64,000 nucleotides of DNA from an uncultured Planctomycetota bacterium (GTDB lineage: Bacteria; Planctomycetota; Planctomycetia; Isosphaerales; Isosphaeraceae): NCBI GenBank assembly GCA_963845755.1, contig CAWJTV010000029.1, positions 352,001 through 416,000 on the forward strand, in the 5' to 3' direction. The position numbers and the translations under genes were made by a program. A model generated the notes under the pieces. The model searched no databases and was not told where the DNA came from. It saw nothing but the letters and a program-made list of their open reading frames with translations. Positions 55,241 to 64,000 of the stretch are shown piece after piece (position 1 is the stretch's first letter; every line of letters starts with the position of its first letter).

Positions 55241-56487
55241 TCAGAAACATAACTTCCCCCGGATGTCACAGATATCGTATTCGTTGGCGGTATCGCGATA
55301 GATGGACGCCAGGGGCAGTGTGGCGGCACTGCGGAGGACGAACCGACCGTGGCGCCCGTTGATCTCGCGCTTGAGGCGTGCGACGGCCAGGGCCTGGCTG
55401 CGTTGCCCGGGCGGGTCGAACAGGTCGAGGGGACAGTCCTGCCGGGCGGTCAGCTCCTCGGCGATCAGGTGCATGTGGGTGGCCAGTGCGGGGGACCCAG
55501 GCCCTGCGGAGACAGGGCCGGGCCGCATCCAGGAGGATGTCGAACCGGTCGCTGGGCACGGCGAGGGTCATCTGGCCGACGCCCGACTGGCCGTTCTTGT
55601 AGACGACCCAGACGGTGATCCGGCCGGCGGCCACGCCGTGATACTCGAGCTCCTCGATCAGCCGTTCGAGGTTGCGGATCAGCCAGGCATAGAGGACGAC
55701 CGGCTCGGTGGTCGAACTCGCCGAAGCTGCCACCGCGCGACAGGGCCTTGTGCGCGGGCCGCCGCAGGTGGATCGGCTGGACGGCCTCGCCGTTGAGCTC
55801 CCACCACAGCGTCTCGCCGGAGGCCGTCAACAACGCCCGGACCAGCCGGCGGTCGGTCTGCGCCAGGTCGAGGCAGGTGTGGATCCCCCAGGGCGAGAGC
55901 CGGGCCGCGCGCCGGCCCGCGATCCCGGTGATCTCGGTCACCGGCAGGTCGGCCATCAGCTCTTCCTCGGCCCGGCGATCGACCACCGCCCGCGCACCGT
56001 CCGGCTTGGCCGCGTCCGAGATCAGCTTGGCGAGCGTCCGCGTCCGGGCGATGCCCACCGTCACCGGCACGCCCACACGCTCCCGGATCTCGTCCCGGAT
56101 CGACACCGCCAGGTCCTGTAACGTCTGGCCCGGCACCGGAATCGCCGCGAAGAAGAACTCGTCGATCGAGTAATACTCCACCCGCGGCGACCATTCCCGC
56201 ATCACCCCCAGCATCAGCCGGCTCAAGACCTCGTACCACCGGAAATCCCGTTTGACGTACACCCCCGTCGGACACTTCACCAGCGCATCCCAGATCGGCA
56301 TCCCCGTCGCGACGCCCGCCGCCTTCATCTCGTAACTCTTGGCGATCACGCACGCGCCCTGGTTGCCCAGCACCCCCACCGGCTTCTGGCGCAGGAACTC
56401 GTCACGCACCCGCTCCGCCGACACGTAGAAGCAGTCGGCGTCGAGATGACCCACCGCACTCGCACTCGCACTTATTCGCGCCCACAT
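55241..56487 (-). CDS. Y-family DNA polymerase (DinB/UmuC-like), frameshifts
   Basis: HLDADCFYVSAE, AKSYE, YSIDEFF, TLAKLISD, ITGIAGR. Confidence 0.9.
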
Positions 56488-57004
56488 GGACAGAAGTTTA
56501 TTCTGTACGGACGAATCGGTCAAGGAGACCTGCGGCAGGATGTGCGCACTTGGAGGTATTGCGAGGATTTGCGAGGTTTTTTCGGAACGGAGCGGCAGGT
56601 GGTCGAAATTGGCCAGGTGGAGGATCGCGACTGGCGGAGAGCGGGGCCTGGAAAAAGAGGCGCCTCAACAAGACTCGAATTTAAACTTATTATAAGATTC
56701 ATATGAATTTCGACATAATTACTACCAATCAGGTAACAGTAACCGCCGAGGCGGGCCTCCCTTAGCGGAGACTTCGCAGATGTCGCAAGGTCAACGCCAG
56801 CTCGGCCAGGTCGTTGTAGTGACCTGGGCACTGGTTAAAGTTCGTATCGTGGCCGTTATCTTATGAAAAACTTCCCAGCAGAATCTGCGGAGGTAAGCAA
56901 TCTCCTGTTCGGTGAGGGTCATCTCAGATATTGCTCCCCTCGGTGTAATCGCGCTCGAGGAAATCGCGTTGGAGACTGATGGGAACGATCATCAAAGGAC
57001 TGGC

Positions 57005-57292
57005 TCACTCTGAATGAACCAAGGACTCCAATTCGGCTATACGAGCCTCGAATTCTTCCTTGGAAGCCCAGGGACAAGGGAGGTTGGGATCATCCGGGAG
57101 AGGAGGATAGGGACCACCCCAGTTACCAGCCCCGCCCCAGTATTCCATGTACGCGGGTTCGAGTTGGAGATAGTGGTTGTAGGTGATGCCGCGTTCGGCA
57201 GAAAGACGATGAGCACGACCCTCGTTCTGCCCGAGGTGCATCTCTCGTATGAAGAGATCCATGAACTGACGTTCTTGGGGAAGTAGGGCCAC
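57005..57292 (-). CDS. Small hypothetical protein
   Basis: 95-aa ORF in a lower-GC islet, 8 bp downstream of the next ORF. Confidence 0.5.
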   Translation of the reverse strand: MALLPQERQFMDLFIREMHLGQNEGRAHRLSAERGITYNHYLQLEPAYMEYWGGAGNWGGPYPPLPDDPNLPCPWASKEEFEARIAELESLVHSE

Positions 57293-57300
57293 AGATCCTC

Positions 57301-57615
57301 CTAGGGGTCAAAAGAGTAATTGGCGTACCGTTGTCCGGCAGACACGTTCTTGAGGTAGTTTTCTAGGAGTTCCTCGGATCCCGCCCAAGTCTTGGCTTGT
57401 TCCCAAGATCGGCGGAGGACGGGAAGGCTTGGCTCGGCGGACGGAACCGTGTGGGTAGAAGCATACAAATCTACCCCTCCCCCGCAATCCGGGTTTGGGC
57501 AGTCAGCGGCAGCTTTGTGTTGGAACAACAGAGCCTGGTTTACTCGAGCGTACCACTCTCGGTGCCAATCTTCCACAAGGAGGCCACAGTGAGGACATGA
57601 CTTTAAACCTGGCAT
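57301..57615 (-). CDS. Small Cys-containing hypothetical protein
   Basis: CPHC and CPNPDC motifs. Confidence 0.5.
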   Translation of the reverse strand: MPGLKSCPHCGLLVEDWHREWYARVNQALLFQHKAAADCPNPDCGGGVDLYASTHTVPSAEPSLPVLRRSWEQAKTWAGSEELLENYLKNVSAGQRYANYSFDP

Positions 57616-57824
57616 AGCCACCCTTGAGTATTCGATGGTGAATTCCATCGGAAAGGCGAGGAGCCACAACCACCCGTTCGAGTTGGAGCCGCATACATTC
57701 CCCACGCCTTCACCGTCTCACCCTATCCGACGGGACGATATTGATCAACGCCCGGCGGAAGACGAACAAATTTAAAAAATCGTCATATATTCCATCGAAT
57801 ACGGCCGAGACCCGCTCGTTTCCA

Positions 57825-59995
57825 TCACGCCCGGGCGCCCATCTGGGCCGGGCTTTCGGCCGACAAAGAGTCCTCGGGCTTCGTCGGCGCGATCCACCGC
57901 AGCACGGCCGAGACGACAATCACCAGGACGCAGGTCAGCACCATGGCAGTCAGCCCGATATTCAACCAGCCGTGGACCATGGTGCGGCTCTGATGGGCCA
58001 TCCGCCAGAACCTGCCGGTGATCTCGTAATAGGCGGTGGTCGATGTGGTGGTCGCCACGAAGAGCATGGGCAAGATCGTGATGGGTGCGTATCGGCCGCG
58101 GCCGGAGTTCACGATCACCGTCGTCACCACGGATAGGGCGATGACGGCCAGGAGCTGGTTGGCCATGCCGAACATCGGCCAGATCGTCTCGACGCTCCCG
58201 GTGTAGATGAAGTAGCCCCATCCGAAGACGACCAGGCCCGTCGCGAGGAGCGAGGCCGGCAGCCAGTTGAGGTCGCCCAGCGGCTTCCAGAGCTTGCCCA
58301 GGAACTCCTGCACGAGGAATCGCGCGATCCGGGTGCCGGCATCGATCGTCGTGAGGATGAACAGGGCCTCGAACATAATCGCGAAATGATACCAGTACTT
58401 GATCAGCCAGCTCATTCCGGGAATCGCGTCGGAGAAGATCCGCGCCATGCCGACGGCCAGCGTCACGGCGCCGCCGGTCCGGCCGTGCAGCGATTCCTGG
58501 ACGTCCCGCTCCATCGCGACCAGCTCGCTGCCGGCCGGTGCGGCCGGGTCGAGGCCACCCCCGGCATGCTGTCCTACCTCCGAGGCCTCGAGGAACCGCG
58601 CAAATCGGGGTGCTTGGCCAGGAAGTCGGGGCGCTTGGCCAGGTCGATGTTGATGTCGTAGTACATCGAGTTGGGCAATGCCGCCGCCGCGATCAGGGCC
58701 ACGATCCCCACCAGGCCCTCCATCAACATCGCGCCATAACCGATCATCCGGACGTCGCTTTCCTTGTCCACCATCTTGGGCGTCGTCCCGGATGAGACCA
58801 GCGCGTGGAACCCGGAGATTGCCCCGCACATGATGCAGATGAAGACATAGGGGAAGATGGGACCATCGAAATACGGCCCGCCTCCCGAGGCGAAATGCGG
58901 GCTGACTGCCGGCGCGTGGAGCTTGGGGTTGGCGATCACGACTCCGACGACCAGAAGCGCGATGGTCCCGATCTTGAGGAACGTCGAGAGGTAGTCGCGC
59001 GGGCAGAGCAACAGCCAGACCGGTAGCACAGCCGCGATGAATCCGTAAGCGGCCAGGGTAAAGACCGTCATGTCGCGCGACATCAAGAAATAGCTCTCGA
59101 TCGGCGAGCCGGGAATCCAGGCCCCGCCGATCGTCGCCGCCAGCACGGCCGCCGCGCCGATCAGCGACGCCTCCAGGATCTTCCCTTTGCGGAAGCGATA
59201 CATGTACCAGCCAACGAACAGCGCGATCGGGATCGTCGCGGCGATCGTGAATGTTCCCCAAGAGCTGCCCGGCACGAGCCGCTTGGCCCCTTCGGGCAGG
59301 ATGAAGCCGGATCCCTTGCCATCCGTTTTCAAGAAGGTCCCGTGGGGCACGGCCAGATTGAACTTCTCGTGGAAGACCATGGTCTGGTCGGGCCCCGCGC
59401 CGAACCGATAGGTTGAGCCCGGGGGAACCTTATAGATCATCGGGCCGGTCGGGGTCCCGCCACGCTCGACCCCACTTTGGGGTGGATAAATCAGCTCGGA
59501 GCCAAACTTCATCGGCACTTCCTCGCCGCCCAGGGCCTTGACCACCACGATCCCCAGACCGGCCAGTGCGATGATCACGATATAGAGAATCGCGATCGCC
59601 GCGGCCATGCCGGCGGGCCGGCCGATCTCCTGGCGAGCCAGACCGGCCAGGCTCAACCCGGCCCGACGCGTCGAGGCGGCCAGGACCAGCATGTCCTGAA
59701 CGGCGCCCGCCAGGCAGACGCCGACGACCAGCCAGACCAGCCCCGGCAGGTAGCCGAACTGGATCGCCAGCACCGGGCCGATCAGTGGCCCGGCACCCGA
59801 GATCGCCGCGAAGTGATGGCCGAAGAGCACCCAGCGATTCGTCGGGTCGAAGTTCTGGCCGTCGTTGAACCGGTGGGCCGGGGTGACCTGCGAATCATCC
59901 AGTGCGGCCACCTTGGCGGCGAGGAAGGCGCTGTAGTATCGGTAGGCGACCGCGAGGATCGCCAGGACGCCCAGCATCACCGGCATCGCGTGCAT
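57825..59995 (-). CDS. cstA: Carbon starvation protein A family transporter (frameshift ~58600)
   Basis: VLFGHHFAAISGAGPLIGP, PRDYLSTF, CGAISGFH, FEALFILTTIDAGTR, IWPMFGMANQLLA. Confidence 0.95.
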
Positions 59996-60144
59996 GGTTA
60001 TCGGCCTCTGGTCCAGGGCGGGAGGCACGCGTCCGCGCCGATCGTCATCGCGGGCGTGCTCGTACATGCGGCAAAGAGCCTGAATCCACCAACTTCCAGT
60101 CTACGGCCGATGGTCTGCCCGTCAAGGAAGCGATCCGCTCCATC

Positions 60145-60648
60145 TTATTCCGAGGGCGAATCGCTCGCATTCCGGCGCCAGATCGCCAGACTCGGCGAAT
60201 GATACTCCACGAACCAGATCTCCTCCTCGACGCCCAGCTCATGCGCGAATCGATGCGCCACCAGGTGGTTGACCACCTCGAGCGATGCGGCGAGGAAATC
60301 GGTGCGGGAATCCTGGGGTTGCTCGGGGTTGTGGAAGATGAACCGAATGACCAGGACTCGCTCGTCGACCGGCCCCGTCGGCGAGAGGTATCGGCCATCC
60401 ATCTCGTAGATCGAGTAGCCGCGCGACGCCTGGCAGAGGGTCTTGATCCATTCCTCCTCGTCAAATGCCCGATCCTGCCGCCGCTGCCGCGCAATCGACT
60501 GTTTCACGAAGGGGACCTTCCGAATGGCCTGCTCGTTGAACAGGTCTTCGAGGACCTCCTGGATCTTGCCGAAGTATCCGAGCTTCTTCGGCAGGATCAC
60601 CTCGTAGATGCGAGCCGGTTTCGGGCCTTCCAGGCGATAATCGGCCAT
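60145..60648 (-). CDS. Conserved-looking hypothetical protein
   Basis: 167-aa ORF with normal composition, in line with neighbouring genes. Confidence 0.7.
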   Translation of the reverse strand: MADYRLEGPKPARIYEVILPKKLGYFGKIQEVLEDLFNEQAIRKVPFVKQSIARQRRQDRAFDEEEWIKTLCQASRGYSIYEMDGRYLSPTGPVDERVLVIRFIFHNPEQPQDSRTDFLAASLEVVNHLVAHRFAHELGVEEEIWFVEYHSPSLAIWRRNASDSPSE

Positions 60649-60690
60649 GGGTGATGATCCCGGGTCACGGCGAGGGGAAAGGAAAAGGCC

Positions 60691-61420
60691 TCAATCTTCG
60701 GCTCCGCGGGGTCCGCCCTCGGGGAGCAGGGTCTCCAGCGGGCATTCCTCGCAATCGGTGGCCGTGGCGCGGCAGAATTGGTGGCCGATCTGTTCCATGC
60801 CATGAGCCAACTGGGCGAGAACTTCCACTCGATCTTGCTGGTCTTCAAGCGCACGTCGCCTGCTCGACGGCTCGATCCACCAGCAGGTCGCGGGCTTCGT
60901 CGTAAGTCGCGGTCGCATCAAGCCAGCCATGCCGCACGAGAATCCGATAGGTCGCGCGATCGAGGGGATAAGACGGGCGTTTCAAGGCGTAGAGGAGGAT
61001 GGCATCGGCCCCCGGCGTCCCGACGCCCTTGATGGCCGCCAGCTCCCCGCGGAGCCAGCCGATCGATCGATCCGGGTTGAACAGCGAGTCGACCCGGCCC
61101 CATGACGTTCGACGAGCCAACGCGCGAGATGCTTCAGGGGGACCAACGTCTTGGTGGAAAGCGGATCGGCCTTTCTCGCACACGGCGTCGCGGAGCGAGA
61201 TGCAGTTCGACTTCCGCCAACCGTTCGGGCGTCAGGAGTCCCGCCTGGGCCAGACCGTCCAGGGCAGTCCGCCAGCGCGACTCGCCCAGGGTCCGGGCCA
61301 GGAGGACCGCAATCATCGCCTCGAACGGGTCGAGGCCCTCGAACTCGGATTCGATCCGCCCGAAGGCCCGCCCGAAGGCACCGAAGAAACCTCCCAGAAG
61401 GCGTCGTCGAAGGTCGGCAT
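60691..61420 (-). CDS. Endonuclease III-related HhH-GPD protein (several frameshifts)
   Basis: PFEAMIAVLL, LAAIKGVG..ADAILLYALKRPSYPLD, C-terminal FCRA..CEECPL Fe-S-type motif. Confidence 0.75.
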
Positions 61421-61424
61421 CGTG

Positions 61425-61515
61425 CGAGTCCTTGAGTGCTCAAGTCCTCGAGTCCTTGAGATCCGAGCAGCTCGGACGGACCGTCATGACTCAAGGACTT
61501 GACGACTCGAGGACT
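61425..61515. repeat. Intergenic inverted array of GAGTCCTT-like octamers
   Basis: GAGTCCTT GAGTGCTC AAGTCCTC GAGTCCTT ... AAGGACTT GACGACTC GAGGACT. Confidence 0.7.
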
Positions 61516-61795
61516 AGCCTTGCTGAGCCTTGGCCATCGCCGCGGCGTACGCACGCGCCAGGCTGCTCTTGCGCCGGGCCGCCGTGTTGGGATGGAGGAC
61601 GCGGCGCCGCACCGCCTTGTCGATCTTGGCGGTGGCGAGCTTCAGGTCGGCCGCGGCCTTCTCGAAGTCCTTGGCGGCGACCGACGCCAGCGTCCGCTTC
61701 GTCATGGTCTTGATGACCTTCTTCGTGACCCGATTATGCATGCGGCGCTTCACGCTCTGTCGCATGCGCTTGGCCGCTGAGGGTGAGTTTGGCAT
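61514..61795 (-). CDS. rpsT: 30S ribosomal protein S20
   Basis: MPNSPSAAKRMRQS...IDKAVRRRVLHPNTAARRKS. Confidence 0.97.
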   Translation of the reverse strand: MPNSPSAAKRMRQSVKRRMHNRVTKKVIKTMTKRTLASVAAKDFEKAAADLKLATAKIDKAVRRRVLHPNTAARRKSSLARAYAAAMAKAQQG

Positions 61796-61963
61796 AGCTC
61801 CGTGAATCGTCAGGGAAGGCGGATACGGTTGATTGACACCAGGTTACGTTCGAGCCGGCAATCCCGTCCGTGTCGGTCGAGCCGCGACGGCCTCGGCCGG
61901 CGGACGACCCGGCCCCGTGACCCGCGGATCGGGAGACCCAGGAGGATACCACGAATGCCGCGG

Positions 61964-63367
61964 TCAGATCAAGCGGCGCAGCCGCTCGGCGACGTCGAGG
62001 TAGGTGTAGTCGAGGGCGGCGACCTCGTTGTAGTGCTCCTCAGCGGCCTCGTTGTTGCCGAGCGTCTCGGAGACCCGACCGAGGCGGTAGTGGAGCGCCT
62101 TGAAGTTCTCCTTGTCCTCGGCCTCGAGCATTTTCAGGGCCTCCTTGTAGTTGCGTTCCGAGAGTTTGGGGGCACCGTTGGCCTCGAAGCTCAGGCCTGT
62201 CTGAAGGAGGGCCTGGATCTTCAGGATGGGCTCGGTGCTGGACCGCGCCTGCTGGAACTCGGCGATCGCCTCGTCGTGCTTGCCGATCTGTGCCAGGATC
62301 AGGCCGAACTGGTAATGGAGATTGGCATCCTCCGGGTGCAGGGTGACCCGCCGGCGATACGCCTGGACCTGATACTTGTTGAGCATCTCGGTCAGCTCGT
62401 CGAGCTTGACCTTGGCACCGGTATCTTCGGGGTTTTCCTGGACTTTATGCGTCTGGTGCTCCTTGGCCCGCTTCAAGCGACTGATCTGGGTGTCCTCGTA
62501 GATGGACTTCAGCCCCGCATCGTTGGGATTGGCCTTGATGCCCTTGGCCAGGACCTTCTCCGCCGTGTCCAGGTCGCCGCGCTGGCGATAGATATCGGCC
62601 AGATTGACATAGGCATGGATGGACGTCGGGTCCTTCTTGATCTCCTCGAGCAGCCGCTGTTGGGGAGTGAGTTGCTCCTGCTTGAGCCGCTCGAGTTTGG
62701 CCTCCATGGACTCGGCGACGGGCGTGGCGGCGTCCTTCTGGGCCTGCGCCCGCTGGTCCAGGGCCTCGTCGAGCCCTGATCGCTTGATCGTCGAGGCCGC
62801 CGACAGGGCGTTGATCTTGCGGCTGACGTCCTGGTCGTTCGGGTTGAGTTTCTTGACCTGCTCCCAGCAGGCGATGGCCTTCGCCCAGCTCTCATTCGTC
62901 TCGTAGATACCGGCGGCGAATCGGAAGAAATCGGCGTCCTTGGCCACGGCCTGCACCGAATCGAGGAGCCACTGGGACAGGGCTCCCAATCCGAGCCCTT
63001 CGGCCGCCTCCGCCGCCACCCGCGCCGCCCCCACATCCCAGGGATTATTGGCGAAGGCATCCTCGCAGCGATCCAGCGCATCGTGGTGCTTACCTTTCGA
63101 GCGCGCCGACTTGGCATGCATCAGGATCGGCTGATTCTTGACCCCGACCAGCTTGCTGACCGACTTGGGATCGCCATTGAATTTCTTCCGCTCGATCCCT
63201 CGCAACGACTGACGATACAACATGGAGTCCGGCACAAGCTTGCAACATTGACGGTACATATCGATGGCGTAGTCGAAGTTCCCCTTCATCGCGGCGTCAT
63301 TGCCGTACTGGAAGAACGTTTTTGCCTTTTGCACCTCGGGCGAATCCGACCCCGAATCCTGAGACAT
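61964..63367 (-). CDS. Tetratricopeptide repeat protein
   Basis: Multiple TPR motifs; C-terminal LDYTYLDVAERL. Confidence 0.9.
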   Translation of the reverse strand: MSQDSGSDSPEVQKAKTFFQYGNDAAMKGNFDYAIDMYRQCCKLVPDSMLYRQSLRGIERKKFNGDPKSVSKLVGVKNQPILMHAKSARSKGKHHDALDRCEDAFANNPWDVGAARVAAEAAEGLGLGALSQWLLDSVQAVAKDADFFRFAAGIYETNESWAKAIACWEQVKKLNPNDQDVSRKINALSAASTIKRSGLDEALDQRAQAQKDAATPVAESMEAKLERLKQEQLTPQQRLLEEIKKDPTSIHAYVNLADIYRQRGDLDTAEKVLAKGIKANPNDAGLKSIYEDTQISRLKRAKEHQTHKVQENPEDTGAKVKLDELTEMLNKYQVQAYRRRVTLHPEDANLHYQFGLILAQIGKHDEAIAEFQQARSSTEPILKIQALLQTGLSFEANGAPKLSERNYKEALKMLEAEDKENFKALHYRLGRVSETLGNNEAAEEHYNEVAALDYTYLDVAERLRRLI

Positions 63368-63685
63368 CGGCGGAGCTCCTCCCAAACAGAGCCAGAACAG
63401 GCGGACTGATTCGAGGAATTCGTGTCCGCGACGGAGTCTGGAGGATCGAGATGCGACAGATGTCGGGATCCACCTCTCGTGCTCACTCTCCAGGCGTGGC
63501 ACGACCGACAGGCCCCAGCAATCGTCGCCACTTGCCCGCGACGCGGCACCACTCGAACTTTATTCTAAACCATCATGGTCACAGCTTCCACTCCATGACC
63601 AGTGGGAGATTGAGATAACCCATGGCATGGCCTTCGCTGGTTCGGAGGAAGGCCGGGAATTCACGCGAATGCGGAGGACCGAGCG

Positions 63686-64000
63686 ATGGCGGAGATTCTC
63701 AGAGATGCGGGGTTGTCCGAACTGGTCGAGAGCCCGGCCGTGGAATGCCTGGCGCGGGGCTTCGAGTTCACGGAGGGGCCGCTCTGGTGCCCGGACGGCT
63801 CGCTGCTGTTCCAGGACAACAAGGCGGAGAAGACCTACCGGCTCGCTGCCGATCGATCGGTCGAGTTGGTGAGGGATCGGACCGGGGCGGCCAACGGCCA
63901 GACATTCGGCGCCGACGGCCGGATTATCTTCTGCGAGCAGAACGGCCGGTGCGTCTCGCGGATGGCGGCCGACGGCAGCGGCGTGGAGACGCTGGTCGAG
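63686..64000 (+). CDS. SMP-30/gluconolactonase family protein (partial, runs off the window)
   Basis: GFEFTEGPLWCPDGSLLFQD, ANGQTFGADGRIIFCEQ. Confidence 0.85.
   Translation, partial: MAEILRDAGLSELVESPAVECLARGFEFTEGPLWCPDGSLLFQDNKAEKTYRLAADRSVELVRDRTGAANGQTFGADGRIIFCEQNGRCVSRMAADGSGVETLVE

Noticed and set aside
56680..56735. Chromosomal dif site
   Set aside because: Only one XerD-like arm is present, with no plausible XerC arm at 6-bp spacing.

Overview
GC-rich bacterial chromosome segment, most likely a planctomycete (Isosphaeraceae-like), inferred from the DUF1549/DUF1553 + DUF1501 pair, ECF sigma/Ser-Thr kinase pair, Gly/Met-rich PilM operon and planctomycete-type LRR protein. Many genes carry single-base frameshifts, consistent with an unpolished long-read assembly. 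The flanks (1-29.6 kb, 48-64 kb) hold ordinary genes: RlmI-like methyltransferase, response regulator, two ECF sigmas, aminotransferase, FabF, GH15, APC permease, PilM operon, SGNH hydrolase, nitrilase, SRAP-like/DinB pair, CstA, HhH-GPD protein, rpsT and a TPR protein. The centre (~29.75-47.5 kb) is a layered mobile island that begins at a truncated lactonase gene. It contains three toxin-antitoxin loci with matching promoters, a low-GC HEPN-like gene, and a tyrosine recombinase with several dif-like GATAA-N6-TTAT(C) palindromes bracketing cargo. It also has two tandem TGT..ACA Tn552/Tn5053-like transposons without tniQ, inserted next to one of those palindromes, an LRR gene bounded by a split serine-resolvase res site, three IS elements and two MITEs. 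A third MITE lies outside the island at 10.4 kb. The best candidate for a new system is the dif-like cassette array with its own tyrosine recombinase, apparently targeted by the transposons. No tRNA, rRNA or CRISPR array was recognised. All family calls come from reading motifs, not from database searches.
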